DNA from: Lama glama
Taxonomy: Eukaryota
DNA: 64,000 nt
Direction of reading: 5' to 3'
Assembly (NCBI GenBank): GCA_028534125.1
Contig: CM052817.1
Coordinates: forward strand, 9,426,001 to 9,490,000
Below the pieces are notes generated by a model that was not told where the DNA came from, made no database searches, and was given only the letters and a program-made list of their open reading frames with translations. Positions 38,585 to 49,320 of this stretch are shown here, piece after piece. The translations under genes were made by a program, and so were the position numbers. The stretch's first letter is position 1, and the number at the start of each line of letters is the position of its first letter.

Positions 38585-39429
38585 GTAAGCTTCTATTTTC
38601 ATTGAATTTTTTTTCTGTTTTTCCCTCCTATATGGTCTCTGTCAACAATACTTACTGGAAGGATTTAAGACAGCTACTTGCAGAGAAAAAGGGAGCTTGC
38701 AGAAAGTATGTCAACAAATGAGAAGTCAGAGATCAGAAAACCTCCGCGGTAGCTCTTTCTCCTACTTTTCCACTCTGCTTGTGGCAGGAACCTCTGTGAA
38801 CGATCTTTGTGTGAAAGATGCCATTTCGCTCAGAAAATGTGTGCGGGTCTTCAAAATCTCCAATCTGACGCGCCTAGCATTGGCCAGCGCAGTGATGGGC
38901 TCATTTACTGCCAGGGTCCGAGTATCATGTTTTCTTATCCCGTTATATGCAGCTCAACTTCTGGAGCCATGATCTTTCTATTAACTCAGAAATCTTCCCC
39001 ATGGAAGATTTTAACGTCATTCCAGAAATTCTCTGAAGTATGCTTACTCTGACTTATAAACTTGTTTTGCGGCATATTTTTAAAAGTTGAATAAATCGTT
39101 TGACTTTCCCTTCGTAATGACACGAGAGAACGTTATAGATGTTCTGTCCTGGGGGAAGAGAAAGTTCAGCTCCAAGTCTGTGAAGTCACGGTTGACTGCC
39201 AAGGCTATCATCTGAACGGGGTGATTGGGTCCCCTCGATTGTGCCTCGGAAACAGGTAGGGAGCCTAGAGGCTAAGATGTTTTTGGTTTTTCCTATGCAT
39301 TGGTCATGCGAGAAGCATCTTGTGGTTTTAGGTGGAGGGGCACATAAATGTGAGATGTGTTGTTCCTGTTTCCCTAAGAAAGTCTCTGCTATCAGTGTTC
39401 CCATCTCTCCGAGGCAGAATTCCAGGTGC

Positions 39430-39456
39430 AAAAAAAAAAAAAAAAAAAAAAAAAAA
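39430..39456 (+). repeat. Poly(A) tract (27 A)
   Basis: Directly visible. Confidence 0.97.
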
Positions 39457-39689
39457 CTAGCTATCCACAGAAATCTGCAAATTCCTCCTGCAGGCTGCAA
39501 TTTTTAACAGAGCCCACATCATTCCTCACGCACACATTTGTACTCACGAGCAGAGGTTAAAACAGCCTATGGGTTTGCTGGAGCCTGAGCGCTGTGGGAC
39601 ACCTTGTTGACCGCAGTCTGTGAAACCCACTGCTGCAGCAACTCTAGCAACAAGCCCTTTAGGCCTGGCTGAGAATGTGGGGTGCTGTG

Positions 39690-40800
39690 CCGGGGGCGTC
39701 ATTCTTGGGGCGCCAAGGGCTCGATCTGCTTTGCGGTACCAGCTGTCGATGTTTCTGGAATATTGTTCCTTGTGTGTCAAATTCTAGTTATGGCAAGTGG
39801 ATTACAGCGGCGCCCCTGCCTTTTGTGGTCTGAGCGGGAGGGAAAAGATTAAGCTCAGAGGGAAGGACTTGACTGTAGAAAACGGGGGAGGTGGCGGGCC
39901 GAAGCCGTTAGTGCCTTTCTCCGTCCGCAGTTGTCGGTGGAGAGGGTGAGGGACGTGCCTGCGCTTCCCTGTCCCTCTCCTTCCCGGGTCTTGCCTCCTC
40001 TCGCTGTCTCCCTCCTCGTCTGTCCACGCCAGCCATGCAGCCTCGAGAGAGGGAACAGTGGGTTGGACAGGCAAGATTATTACCCTCTCCTCCTTCTCGT
40101 CCTCTCGGCCATTCCCAGGCCGGTTGGGGTAGCCCCCACCCTATCTGGAGGGGGTCTCCAGGACCCCACCCCATGACCTCATCGCAGGCAGCGGGAGGGC
40201 TGGGATGGCCGAGGGTTGCATGGCGCCTGAGTGCACCCTGGGGATGGGTGCGGCCACGAAATGCGCAGTGTGGCATGACGTGACTGCCGGGGACGGAGCG
40301 CGCGCTTCCCGACACCGGCTCCCACCGAGGCTGGCGGCGTTTCTGGAAGCCAGACCCTCCAGGCCCCACCTCTGGGCCCGAGGAGGCCCCAGAGAGGACA
40401 AAAACAAAAAGTCAATTAGAGTTGCTAATGAAGCCCCAAGCCAGCTGACTCATCTGAGGCGCAGCCGCCGGGGTGGGGGTGGGGCTTTGTAATGAAACCT
40501 GGACAGCGCGCTGGAAAGGACAGGTCAGGGTTGTCCCAAAAAGGACGCTGATGAGAGGCCCAATGTGACCTAATCGTGCCTCCTCACCTCAGAGAGGCTG
40601 GGAGCGAGGCAACATCTGCGAGGGACAGATGGAGGGAGGCGAGCATTAACTAATGAGCTGCCAGGGAGCAGGGAAACCCTGCTGCCTGACCCTGCAAAGA
40701 GCTTGAACCGGACTTAGTCCAGGTTGCCAGCTACAGTCTCACACCCCGAGTCTGTGACCCAGGGCCCGAGGAGCCCGAGGCCGGGGAATCAACCTCAGGG
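39690..40800. promoter_or_regulatory. CpG island / probable promoter
   Basis: GC-rich with many retained CpGs (gcggcgcc, gagcgcgcgc, gccgccggg), GC-box-like ggtggcgggcc, CRE-like TGACGTGA at 40276, AP-1 at 40446; contrasts with the CpG-depleted flanks. Confidence 0.75.
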
Positions 40801-41249
40801 GGCCTGGGAAACAGACACCGTTGTAATTCAGTCTTAACTGCCTGTCCGCTCGGAGTCAGAAACTTTACCAAGGCTCTTTGAACATGACCCTTGACAGAGA
40901 GATGGAAACAGTCTAAGTGCAGAAAGTGCACGGAGAACACAAAAAGGGGCTTTGCAAAACAGTCCACTGAAATCAAGGCAAGCTTCTAGCTGCATTGGAA
41001 CTAGACCTTGGAGGAGGAGTAAGAGGTCATGGCAGAGCCTAGAGGGTCAAGAGCACCCAGGCAGAGGCCAGTGAGGAAAGGCACAGAGGTGTAAAGGTCA
41101 CGGCTGCTTCCAGGGGGGTGAGGAGGCTCCGTTTCCCCAAGTACACTTCAAGGAATCACAGTTTCATGGGTTATTAACAAGAGGATAACCAGAAGTATTT
41201 CCTGGTCAGACAAATCTGGAAAAGTGAAGAGCTGTGCCCCACAGAGGAC

Positions 41250-41470
41250 CAGAACTCCAGCTCTAGGGTCACAAACATCTGACGTCAAATCCCAACTCCA
41301 CCCCTTAACTGCCGTGCGAACTTGGACCCCTTCGATCATTTTCTTCTTCTGTTAAGGGAGGCTAGTTGTATGCATTCAAATAGGGGCATTTTGAGGATTA
41401 AATCAGAGAATTCATGAAAAGGGCCTTGCAAAGTGTCTGGCATAAAAGAACTCGGTGAACGTTAGCTATT
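41250..41470 (+). mobile_element. MIR SINE
   Basis: caaatcccaactccacc...tgaggattaaatcagagaat...gtgtctggcata...gttagctatt. Confidence 0.7.
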
Positions 41471-42169
41471 CTCACTAGCTGTTAGATGCTGGTGTCCTTA
41501 CTGCAGGACTTCTCATGTGCTTCAGTTTCTTAATGTGTCCTCTGTCTCTCCATGAATGGGGCATTAGAATCTAATGTTGTCTAACTCACTAGAGTATGAA
41601 ACTACTTTTTTTTTTCCCCACAAAGAGTATCACACAAACCATAGAGCTCAGAGTGGCTGCTGGAAAACGGTTGAGTTGGCCCAGTGAGTTAAGGCCACAT
41701 GGCTTTCAAGCCCATGAAGTTTCCCAAGATTTGGTTGAAATTTACCAGTTTCCACCAGCCCAGCCATGTCGTAAATTGTCTTGCATATTTCTATGAGAAC
41801 AGAAGTCCAACAATTGGGATTCTCATGTCAAAGGAATTTGACTTTGAAAAAACAAACAAACAAAAAAAACTATTGTTAATTTTCAGAAGGAAGAGAAACG
41901 TAACAGCAAAGCCAATGCCTGTCGGTCTTGACTTTCACACCCGGAAGGTCAGCTTCTGCCTATCGTTTGAGGGCCTGTGTGCAGGGGGCAATGAGACAGC
42001 ACAAGCTCTGATAAAACACGATCTCACCTTCAAAGAGTTATCAACTAGGTGGAGAAAATAAAATGTGTGTTCTCATATTTAAATGCAAAATTAGCTTTAT
42101 AAGAAAGAACATAAGAGGGGCTCAGAGTGAATGAGAAAAGACCTCAGGTCCCTGGAACGATCAGAGCAG

Positions 42170-42352
42170 TAGGTAACATTCTTTGACGTTTACCATGTAC
42201 CAGGAACTGTGCTAAGTACTTGGCGCTAACCCATGTGTACCGTGTAAGGCTACATGGTGGGTGTTGCCCACATCATAGATGAACAAACTGAGCCTGAAGT
42301 CTTCCAGGAAGTAAGGGGCAAAGTATGGCCTCAAACTCAGGTCCATCTGATG
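42170..42352 (-). mobile_element. MIR SINE
   Basis: taccatgtaccaggaactgtgctaagtact...atagatgaacaaactgag...tcaaactcaggtc. Confidence 0.75.
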
Positions 42353-44777
42353 CTCTGTCTCCCTCACCCAGGGAAGACTCCTCAGAGGAGATAACATGAC
42401 ACTTGGCCCTGAAGGAAGGCTAAGGATTGATGATGGTGGAAAGGGGGGCACATTCCAGATGATGAGAAGAATATTAAAAGCCTGAAAGAGAACAATGTGA
42501 GAAACAGCAGGAAAGCCACCCTGGCAGAGCAAAGCATGTGTCTAGAAAGAAGAGAGAAATGAGCTCAAAAGACTTGGTTGGAGGAAAAAAAAAAAGAACT
42601 TGGTTGTTGGAATCAGATCACAGAAATCCTTGAATGCCAAAACACAAAGTTTGGATTTTTTTAGTGGAGGAATCATTAAAATTTTGTAAACAAAAAAGTG
42701 ACAAGAAAATAACTCCCTGGCAGTTCATTAGAACTGGAGTTGAAGATGATTGATTAATCAGTCTGTGCAGGAGGGGCAGAGACTAAACTCCAGTTAGGAA
42801 GTCATGTTTTGTCCAGGTGGGAGGAAGCGGTAGTTGCTTGCAAGGCACCTAAGGGATGGAGACGCTCATTGGGTCCAATCTCCTAAACCTGCTACCTCAC
42901 AGCCTTGACCATCACAGCGGTCTTTCAAAGCAACAGCCTTGAGGCCTCTCTAAATCCAGATTTAAGTCTGTAAAATGGAAGAGGGTGGGAGTGGAAGAGA
43001 CAGGAGGGGCTGGTTGACCTCTGAGGACCTTCTCAGCTTTCAAACTCCATGAACATAAAACTCCAAGCACTTGTATGGAAATATTAAATATATGGTCCTC
43101 TATTCGATCTCCAGTGTCCAGACTTCTCCTTCATATCAAGCAAGCTTATTTCCAGAGAACTTCAGTGTCTGCATAGGTTTTATGAATTTACAGCTACGGC
43201 AATTGTATAACAGTGGTATTGGCAAGCAGTGATTGGGAGAGGGTGTATATTAATGTATCCTTTCAGGGAAAATTTGTATCCATCTTCCTGACTGTCTGCC
43301 TTTTGTAAAATTCATCTCTCTACCTCCCATGACTGAGAACTCTTCCTGCAGGGCACAACCACATCAGGGTCTTGCAGTGCTTTGAGTGCTAGTTTTCCAT
43401 GTAGGGAGTCTTTTGACTTTTCTGCCAGCTCCCACAGAGGGTAAGCTTCAGAGAGTAGGAGTGAATTCATCTTTAAATTTCCCAGTGCCTTACAACTGTA
43501 GTAGTTCGGACTCAAGCTGCAAATGCAGGCTTACAAGAAATGCCATATGTTTCCATTTCATTTAATGCAGCTTAAATCTGATCCCAAGGGTTCATGGCAA
43601 CAAGAACTTTAGTTTCAGAAATTATCAGGCTCCTACGCATTCATCACCAATACCAGGGGGTCTTCCTTCCCATCAGCTCTGCCCGACTCTTGTAAATTGC
43701 CTCTCCCTTTGATGTCTGTGGATTCTGCTTTCCAGCCCTGCTTGGAAACTGGCAATCACTGTCCAAACCAGGAGCCTAGTGTCTGAGCAACTCTAGACAG
43801 CCCTGCTCTGCGAGGTCTGGCCATAGAGAAAGCATTTCCACTTCTCACAGATGCTCTGATCCCCGACCCCCAGTGTCTCCGGGACTGGGGAAATCTCCCA
43901 TCCAAGGTCCCTCATTCTTCCTTTCCCCAGCGTATATGCTTGAGCTTGGACTTTCAGAAAAGAAAGGAAAATGTGTTGTTTTCAAGAAATTTCTTCTTCC
44001 TGCTCTGCCCGTGCAACCTTGAAACAAGGGAGCACCAAGACTCAGGAGACATTCTTGGGATAAGTTGGGAGTGGAGAACACGCACAAATGAGTATTTACC
44101 TGAATGATTCTGTCACATACCCTGTAGGTATTCAAAAACGGTCCGTGAAATGTATGCTGCAATAATTGATGTACTAGTCTCTCCAGAGTTGCTCAGTTTT
44201 CCACCAGAGCTGGATAGAGGCTTTTTATTAAGTACCTTTGAGGTGCCTGTACTTTGCATGTGCTGTCTCCAAGGCTCCATTTCTCAGATGACAGAGGTGA
44301 GCTTCTTACCCAGCATCTTACAAGCACTACGGGATGCAGCAGGTATTTAAACTCCAGGTGTGCCTCTCTCCGAAACCCACCCCTTTTCCACACTGCAGCG
44401 TGAACTCCTGGAAAGAATTATTATTTTCTAAATAGAATTATTATTTTCTAAATAGCCGTCCAGAGACTTGCACTTGACTAATTCTTCAGTAGTCATTTCC
44501 AATTAAATTTGTTTTAAGTCAAGATGTTTTTTTCCACCGTGAACAGAGTATGCTTGATATAGTGGTACTTTCATGGCATGGTTTGTTCCCCCATCTCATC
44601 ACTCATCTATAAGGCAGCAGGGAGGGAGGGTTAAGCCTATTTGAAAGATGAGAGCAAGGTGAATTACTTGTCCCAGGCCACAGAGCTAGGAGACAGCTCC
44701 AACTCCAACACCAATTTATCTGCCTCTGCAGAGTCAAGACGAGGGAGTTAGTCCTAATTAATCAAAAGCTAATTATA

Positions 44778-44955
44778 GGGGAAGGGTATAACTCAAGTGG
44801 TAGTGCGCGTGCTTAGCATGCACAAGGTTCTGGGTTCAATCCCCAGTTACTCCTCTAAAAATAAATAAATAATAAATAAATAAGTAAACCTAATTACTTC
44901 TGGCACCAAAAAAAAAAAGAGAAAGAAAAGAAAAGAAAAAAGGAAATATTAAAAA
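44778..44955 (+). mobile_element. vic-1-type camelid SINE (long form)
   Basis: GGGGAAGGGTATAACTCAAGTGGTAG...GCTTAGCATGCACAAGG...GGTTCAATCCCCAG, (AAAT)n, aaacctaattac, A-rich tail; TSD aaaagctaattatag (44764-44778) / aaaatctaattatag (44956-44970). Confidence 0.92.
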
Positions 44956-45486
44956 AAAATCTAATTATAGAGCAATAGTAAATATTTGCACTGTTAGTGC
45001 TTTCTCATCTACCAATAACAGGAAGCCATAGTTGATGCAGTTGCCTTAAAATGCGTCCTACCAGAGGTGCTCTAAGGGTGTTTGAGAGCTGTCAGAGAAC
45101 TTTAGTTGGTCGTGCCAATTGCAAAATCCTCAAAACAGCTTACTCTCTTAAATTGGTAAGCGTTTTTTTTTTTTTTTTAGTTTCTTTCTTGCACCATTAA
45201 TTTGTTTAGAAAATACAGCTTAAGAAGTAAATGTGACCCCAGTTCACTCTAAAATCTAATTTGACATCAGCAGAATCTTAGTTTAGGGATTATCTGAATT
45301 TTCAACCCATTACATCACAGGTGTTTGTATCAGTTCCTCAGATCATTAGCATCTCCTCTTTTCCTTCACAATAAAGACCCTATTCCTTGGCATAGTCATG
45401 GGGAGCTTTCAGAATCTGTCTCTTGCCCCCCTTCCCTGTCCCTTCACCCCTACTGCTCTGCCCCATACATCCATATACCCAAGTGC

Positions 45487-45868
45487 ACCAAACACCACAG
45501 ACCGAGTGGTTTAAACAACAGAGATTTATCTTCTCAGTGTCCCGGAAGCCAGAAGTCCGAGACTAAGGTGCCAGCAGGTTTGACCCCCTCCTGAGGCCTC
45601 TCTCCTTGGCTTACAGACGGCCACCTTCTCTCTGTGTTCTCATTTGGCCTTTCCTCTGTGCAGACACCGCTGCTGCCTCTCTGTGTTCCTAGATTTCCTC
45701 TTCTTCTAAGGAGTTTTATAATCCAGGCAGATTGAATTGAGGCCCACCCTCAGGGCCTTGTTTTAATTTCATTACCTCTTTAAAGGCCTTATCTCCAAGT
45801 AAGTGACACTCTGAAGTACCACCAGCATGTGAATATCAGGGGGGGGCGCACACTTCAATCCAGAACAA
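45487..45868 (-). mobile_element. MaLR LTR (MLT1B-like)
   Basis: ccacagaccgagtggtttaaacaacaga, ccagaagtcc, ctgaggcctctctccttggctt, ggcccaccct, attacctctttaaagg. Confidence 0.88.
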
Positions 45869-46917
45869 CTCAAAAGCTACGCGTGGTAAACTCTCCAGTT
45901 TCTCGGGCACCCCTTTTCTCCACGTGATACACATCTTTCCCCTTGCCTTTGTATGAATTATGTTGAACCCCGAAAACAGCTGCCCTTCAACCATTCCATT
46001 ACCTACAGAAAATAGTGACTTTATATAATTCCAATATAATCTGGAGACTTAAAAATTCTCATTTCTTGAAAACAATTTATGTGTTAGGTCCTAAAAATAT
46101 CATAGAATTGTTGGTCATCCTCCTGTTTGCCCTTGAGTCTGAGATGAAATGGTTTACAAATAGACTTTTTTATCCATCCTACAGACCCCACCTTCAGCTC
46201 CAACACCAGCAATAACAAAAAACTCACACTTAAGAAGGCAGCCCCGTCCATTAAAATACCACTGTCACGAGGAAGTTCTTTCTTATGCCAGAGTCTGGCC
46301 CTTTCTAATGTTTCTCTACTCGTCCTTGTTCTGCTTTTAGAAGCAGCAAGAAGTCCACCTCCTTCCTCTGGCTTCTTAAATGCTTGAAGACCACCACCAT
46401 GTGCCTCCCCACCCCTCTCCAGGGCCTCCCAGCACTTGCAGGGAGGAATTTCCCCTGGACACTGTGTGGGACACTGACTATCACCAAGGGTGTTCAAGCC
46501 CCTCTTGAAATGGACATCCAGACCCGGACACCGGATTCCGGATCAGCTTCATGTCCTGTGTTAGCTCCACTTGAGCTTCCTGAGATGGGCAGCAGCCACG
46601 TGGAGCCCTGAACTGAGCAAGAATCTGAACCCAATCTAGGGTTAGCGGGAAGGAAAGTAGACGTCAATTAGTGCTGTCTTAGGGAGAATCCCATGCTCCT
46701 TAGAGCTGCTCTAACGACCGCTCTGGATACCATGTGACAGCCCAGAGCACAGGGAGCTGTTACGGTCCCTGATTTAAATGATCTATTTTCCTTCATGCTA
46801 AATTTGCATCAGATTTGCCAGTCAACCCATGTCATAAAAAGACCAAGTTTGACACTCAGATTATTTTTTTAAACTTAGTTGCAGCAAACCGTGCTTTCAT
46901 CTGTGCTGTCACGCTGC

Positions 46918-47137
46918 TTTTCTTTTCTTTCTTTTTAACATTTTTTATTGATTTATAATCGTTTTACAATGTTGTGTCAAATTCCAGTGTAGAGCACAAT
47001 TTTTCAGTTATACATGAACATATATATATTCATTGTCACATTTTTTTTCTCTGTGAGCTACCATAAGATCTTGTATATGTTTCCCTGTGCTGTACAGTAT
47101 AATCTTGTTTATCTATTCTACAATTTTGAAATCCCAG
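46918..47137 (-). mobile_element. Young camelid-type L1 3' end (same family as 30585-30780)
   Basis: Near reverse complement of 30585-30780: ttttacaatgttgtgtcaaattccagtgtagagcacaatttttcagttatacatgaac. Confidence 0.92.
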
Positions 47138-48028
47138 TTTCTTCCTTGTTAACTAAAAAGAATGAAGAATCGGAAATCATAACCTCCTTGTATGCCAGTT
47201 CCAACCCTAACCCTTCCTGGTTGTGTGATTGTTGGCAAGTTATTTGAACTCTCTGAGCCCTCTGCTTTTTTTCTTCAGTGAAATTGAGAACACTAGTCCC
47301 CTACTTCAGGGGACCCACTGGTAGTGTTCAGTGAGATACTATGTGAGAAAAAGTTTGCAAACCAGCAGGGGAAGTACAAATGCTAGTTAATGTTAGAAGC
47401 CTGATGTTTTTGGCTGGCCAGCTAGTTTTTTACCTCGGCTTTGTTGTTTTAGGGGATTTCTTCTCACTGGACAAATTGACATCTAATAGGGGACTAAAAA
47501 CAAAAGTACAAGCGAGAGGAATGAATGTAGGCTAGATACTCAGTGAATGGACTTGCATGTGAATGTAAACTCATCAAGGGAAGGAATTTCAGCTGAGATC
47601 AAATCGTTTCCATGACGCTGTCAAAGCAGAGCAGCAATTGAAATCCAGAGTGCCTCTCCCTTGTGGCTTGGATTACTCAGCCTGGGATGTGTGGTTTGGC
47701 ATGAGCGAGCTTGCCATTTGCTTACACAAATGGACATCTCTGTCCTAAAGCTTCTGCCTGCATTCCATGCTGTTATCAGCGACTCATTAGAGCAGCTGTA
47801 CAGCATACACCACATCAGGGGCTCCGTCCCTAAATCAACAGGACCCGGCTGGAAACACGCGTGAGTGAATAAGTGTGTGGCGGAAACCTCATGCTCCGCC
47901 TACAGTGGGCTGTCACCCGCCGCTCCAGGGGCAGCTTGGCCCGACAGTGCCAGATCTTCAGATCGTTCAAGAAAATCTATATATCTGAAATTTTACGTGA
48001 CACGTTCCTGTTTTAAAAACACTTGCTG

Positions 48029-48049
48029 ACTATGCTTCAATTAAAAAAA
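48029..48049 (+). mobile_element. Ultra-short L1 3'-tail insertion with 14-bp TSD
   Basis: actatgcttcaatt+poly(A) flanked by aaaaacacttgctg at 48015-48028 and 48050-48063; TTTT|AAAA target site. Confidence 0.75.
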
Positions 48050-48509
48050 AAAAACACTTGCTGTGTTTTCGACCTACAGAAATGACAATTTCTTATGGTT
48101 CAACTCATTATAAGCTAGAGACTTCAAAAGAGTTCTAATTTTCTTGCTATGTGAGAAATCTCAAGGGCCCTCGCCCTTCAGAAAAATCTAAACGAACATG
48201 CACACACACTATTAATAACAATAGCTAACAGGGAGCACTTGCTACACCAGGATGCATGCAGGTGAACCCTCACTTAATGCTCCTGACACGCCTGTAATGT
48301 TGGCACTGTGCTTGTCACTAGTTTACAAATGAAGCCACAGCCTCACTGTCAGCAGTGACTCATGTGATGTGAGCCGGTGTCCTTTTCTCTCTTGGACTGC
48401 AGGAAGAAATTTACAATCGATGTTACTGCCCCCACAGCAGGAGATGGGCAGGCTGGGGTGAACTGTGGTTCTCCAGCCTCGCCGGCTAACTTCCCATCGC
48501 CACACACCT

Positions 48510-49320
48510 TGTATTAGTCCACTAGGGCTGTCGTGACAGGATAACGCCACAGACCGGGGGCTTCAACCACAGGGGTTTATTTTCTCGTGGTTCTGGAGGC
48601 TGGAAGTCCAAGGTCAAGGTGCTGGCCGGATTGATTTCCAGTCGTAGCCCTCTTTCTGGCTTGCAGGTGGCCCCTGTCTTGCTGTGTCTTCACATGGCAC
48701 AGAAATAGAGAAAGAGAGAGAAAGAGAGAAAGGGAGAGCGATCTGGAGAGATCTGGTGTGGTGTCTCTTCCTCTTCTAAGGACACAAGCTCTGTTGGATA
48801 TGGCCCCACCCTCATGACCTCATGTAACCTTTTATTTTATTTTATTTTATTTTAATTTAATTTAATTTAATTTTATTTTATTTTATTTTTTACTGAAGTA
48901 CAGTCAATTACAATGTGTCAATCTCTGGCACACAGCACAATGTCCCAGTCATGCATGTACATACATATATTTGTTTTCATGTTTTTTCCATTAAAGGTTA
49001 TTACAAGATATTGAACATAGTTCCCTGTGCTATACAAAAGAAACTTTTTTAAAATCTATTTTTATATACAGTGGCTAACATTTGTAAGTCTCAAACTCCC
49101 AAATGTATCCCCTCCTACCCCCTTTCCCCAGTAACCATAAGATTGTTTACTAAGCCTGCGAGTCTATTTCTGTTTTGTAGACGGGTTCATAGTGTCCTTT
49201 TTTTTCTCAGGTAACCTTTTAGTTACCTCCTTAAAGGCCTACCTTCCAATACAGTCACACTGAGGATTAGGGCCTCAGCATATAAATATGGGAGGTGGGG
49301 ACACCATTAAGTCCTTCATA
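48510..49320 (-). mobile_element. MaLR LTR (MLT1A/B-like) split by an L1
   Basis: tgtattagtc...ttctggaggctggaagtccaag...ccccaccctcatgacctcat| ... |ttacctccttaaaggc...aatacagtcacactgagg. Confidence 0.88.
48835..49210 (-). mobile_element. Camelid/artiodactyl L1 3' end with (TTTTA)n tail and 11-bp TSD
   Basis: ttattacaagatattgaacatagttccctgtgctataca, gtaaccataag; TSD gtaacctttta at 48824-48834 and 49211-49221. Confidence 0.9.

Noticed and set aside
39908..40492. Cluster of overlapping ORFs (up to 153 aa)
   Set aside because: Expected stop-codon scarcity in a GC-rich CpG island; no recognisable homology.
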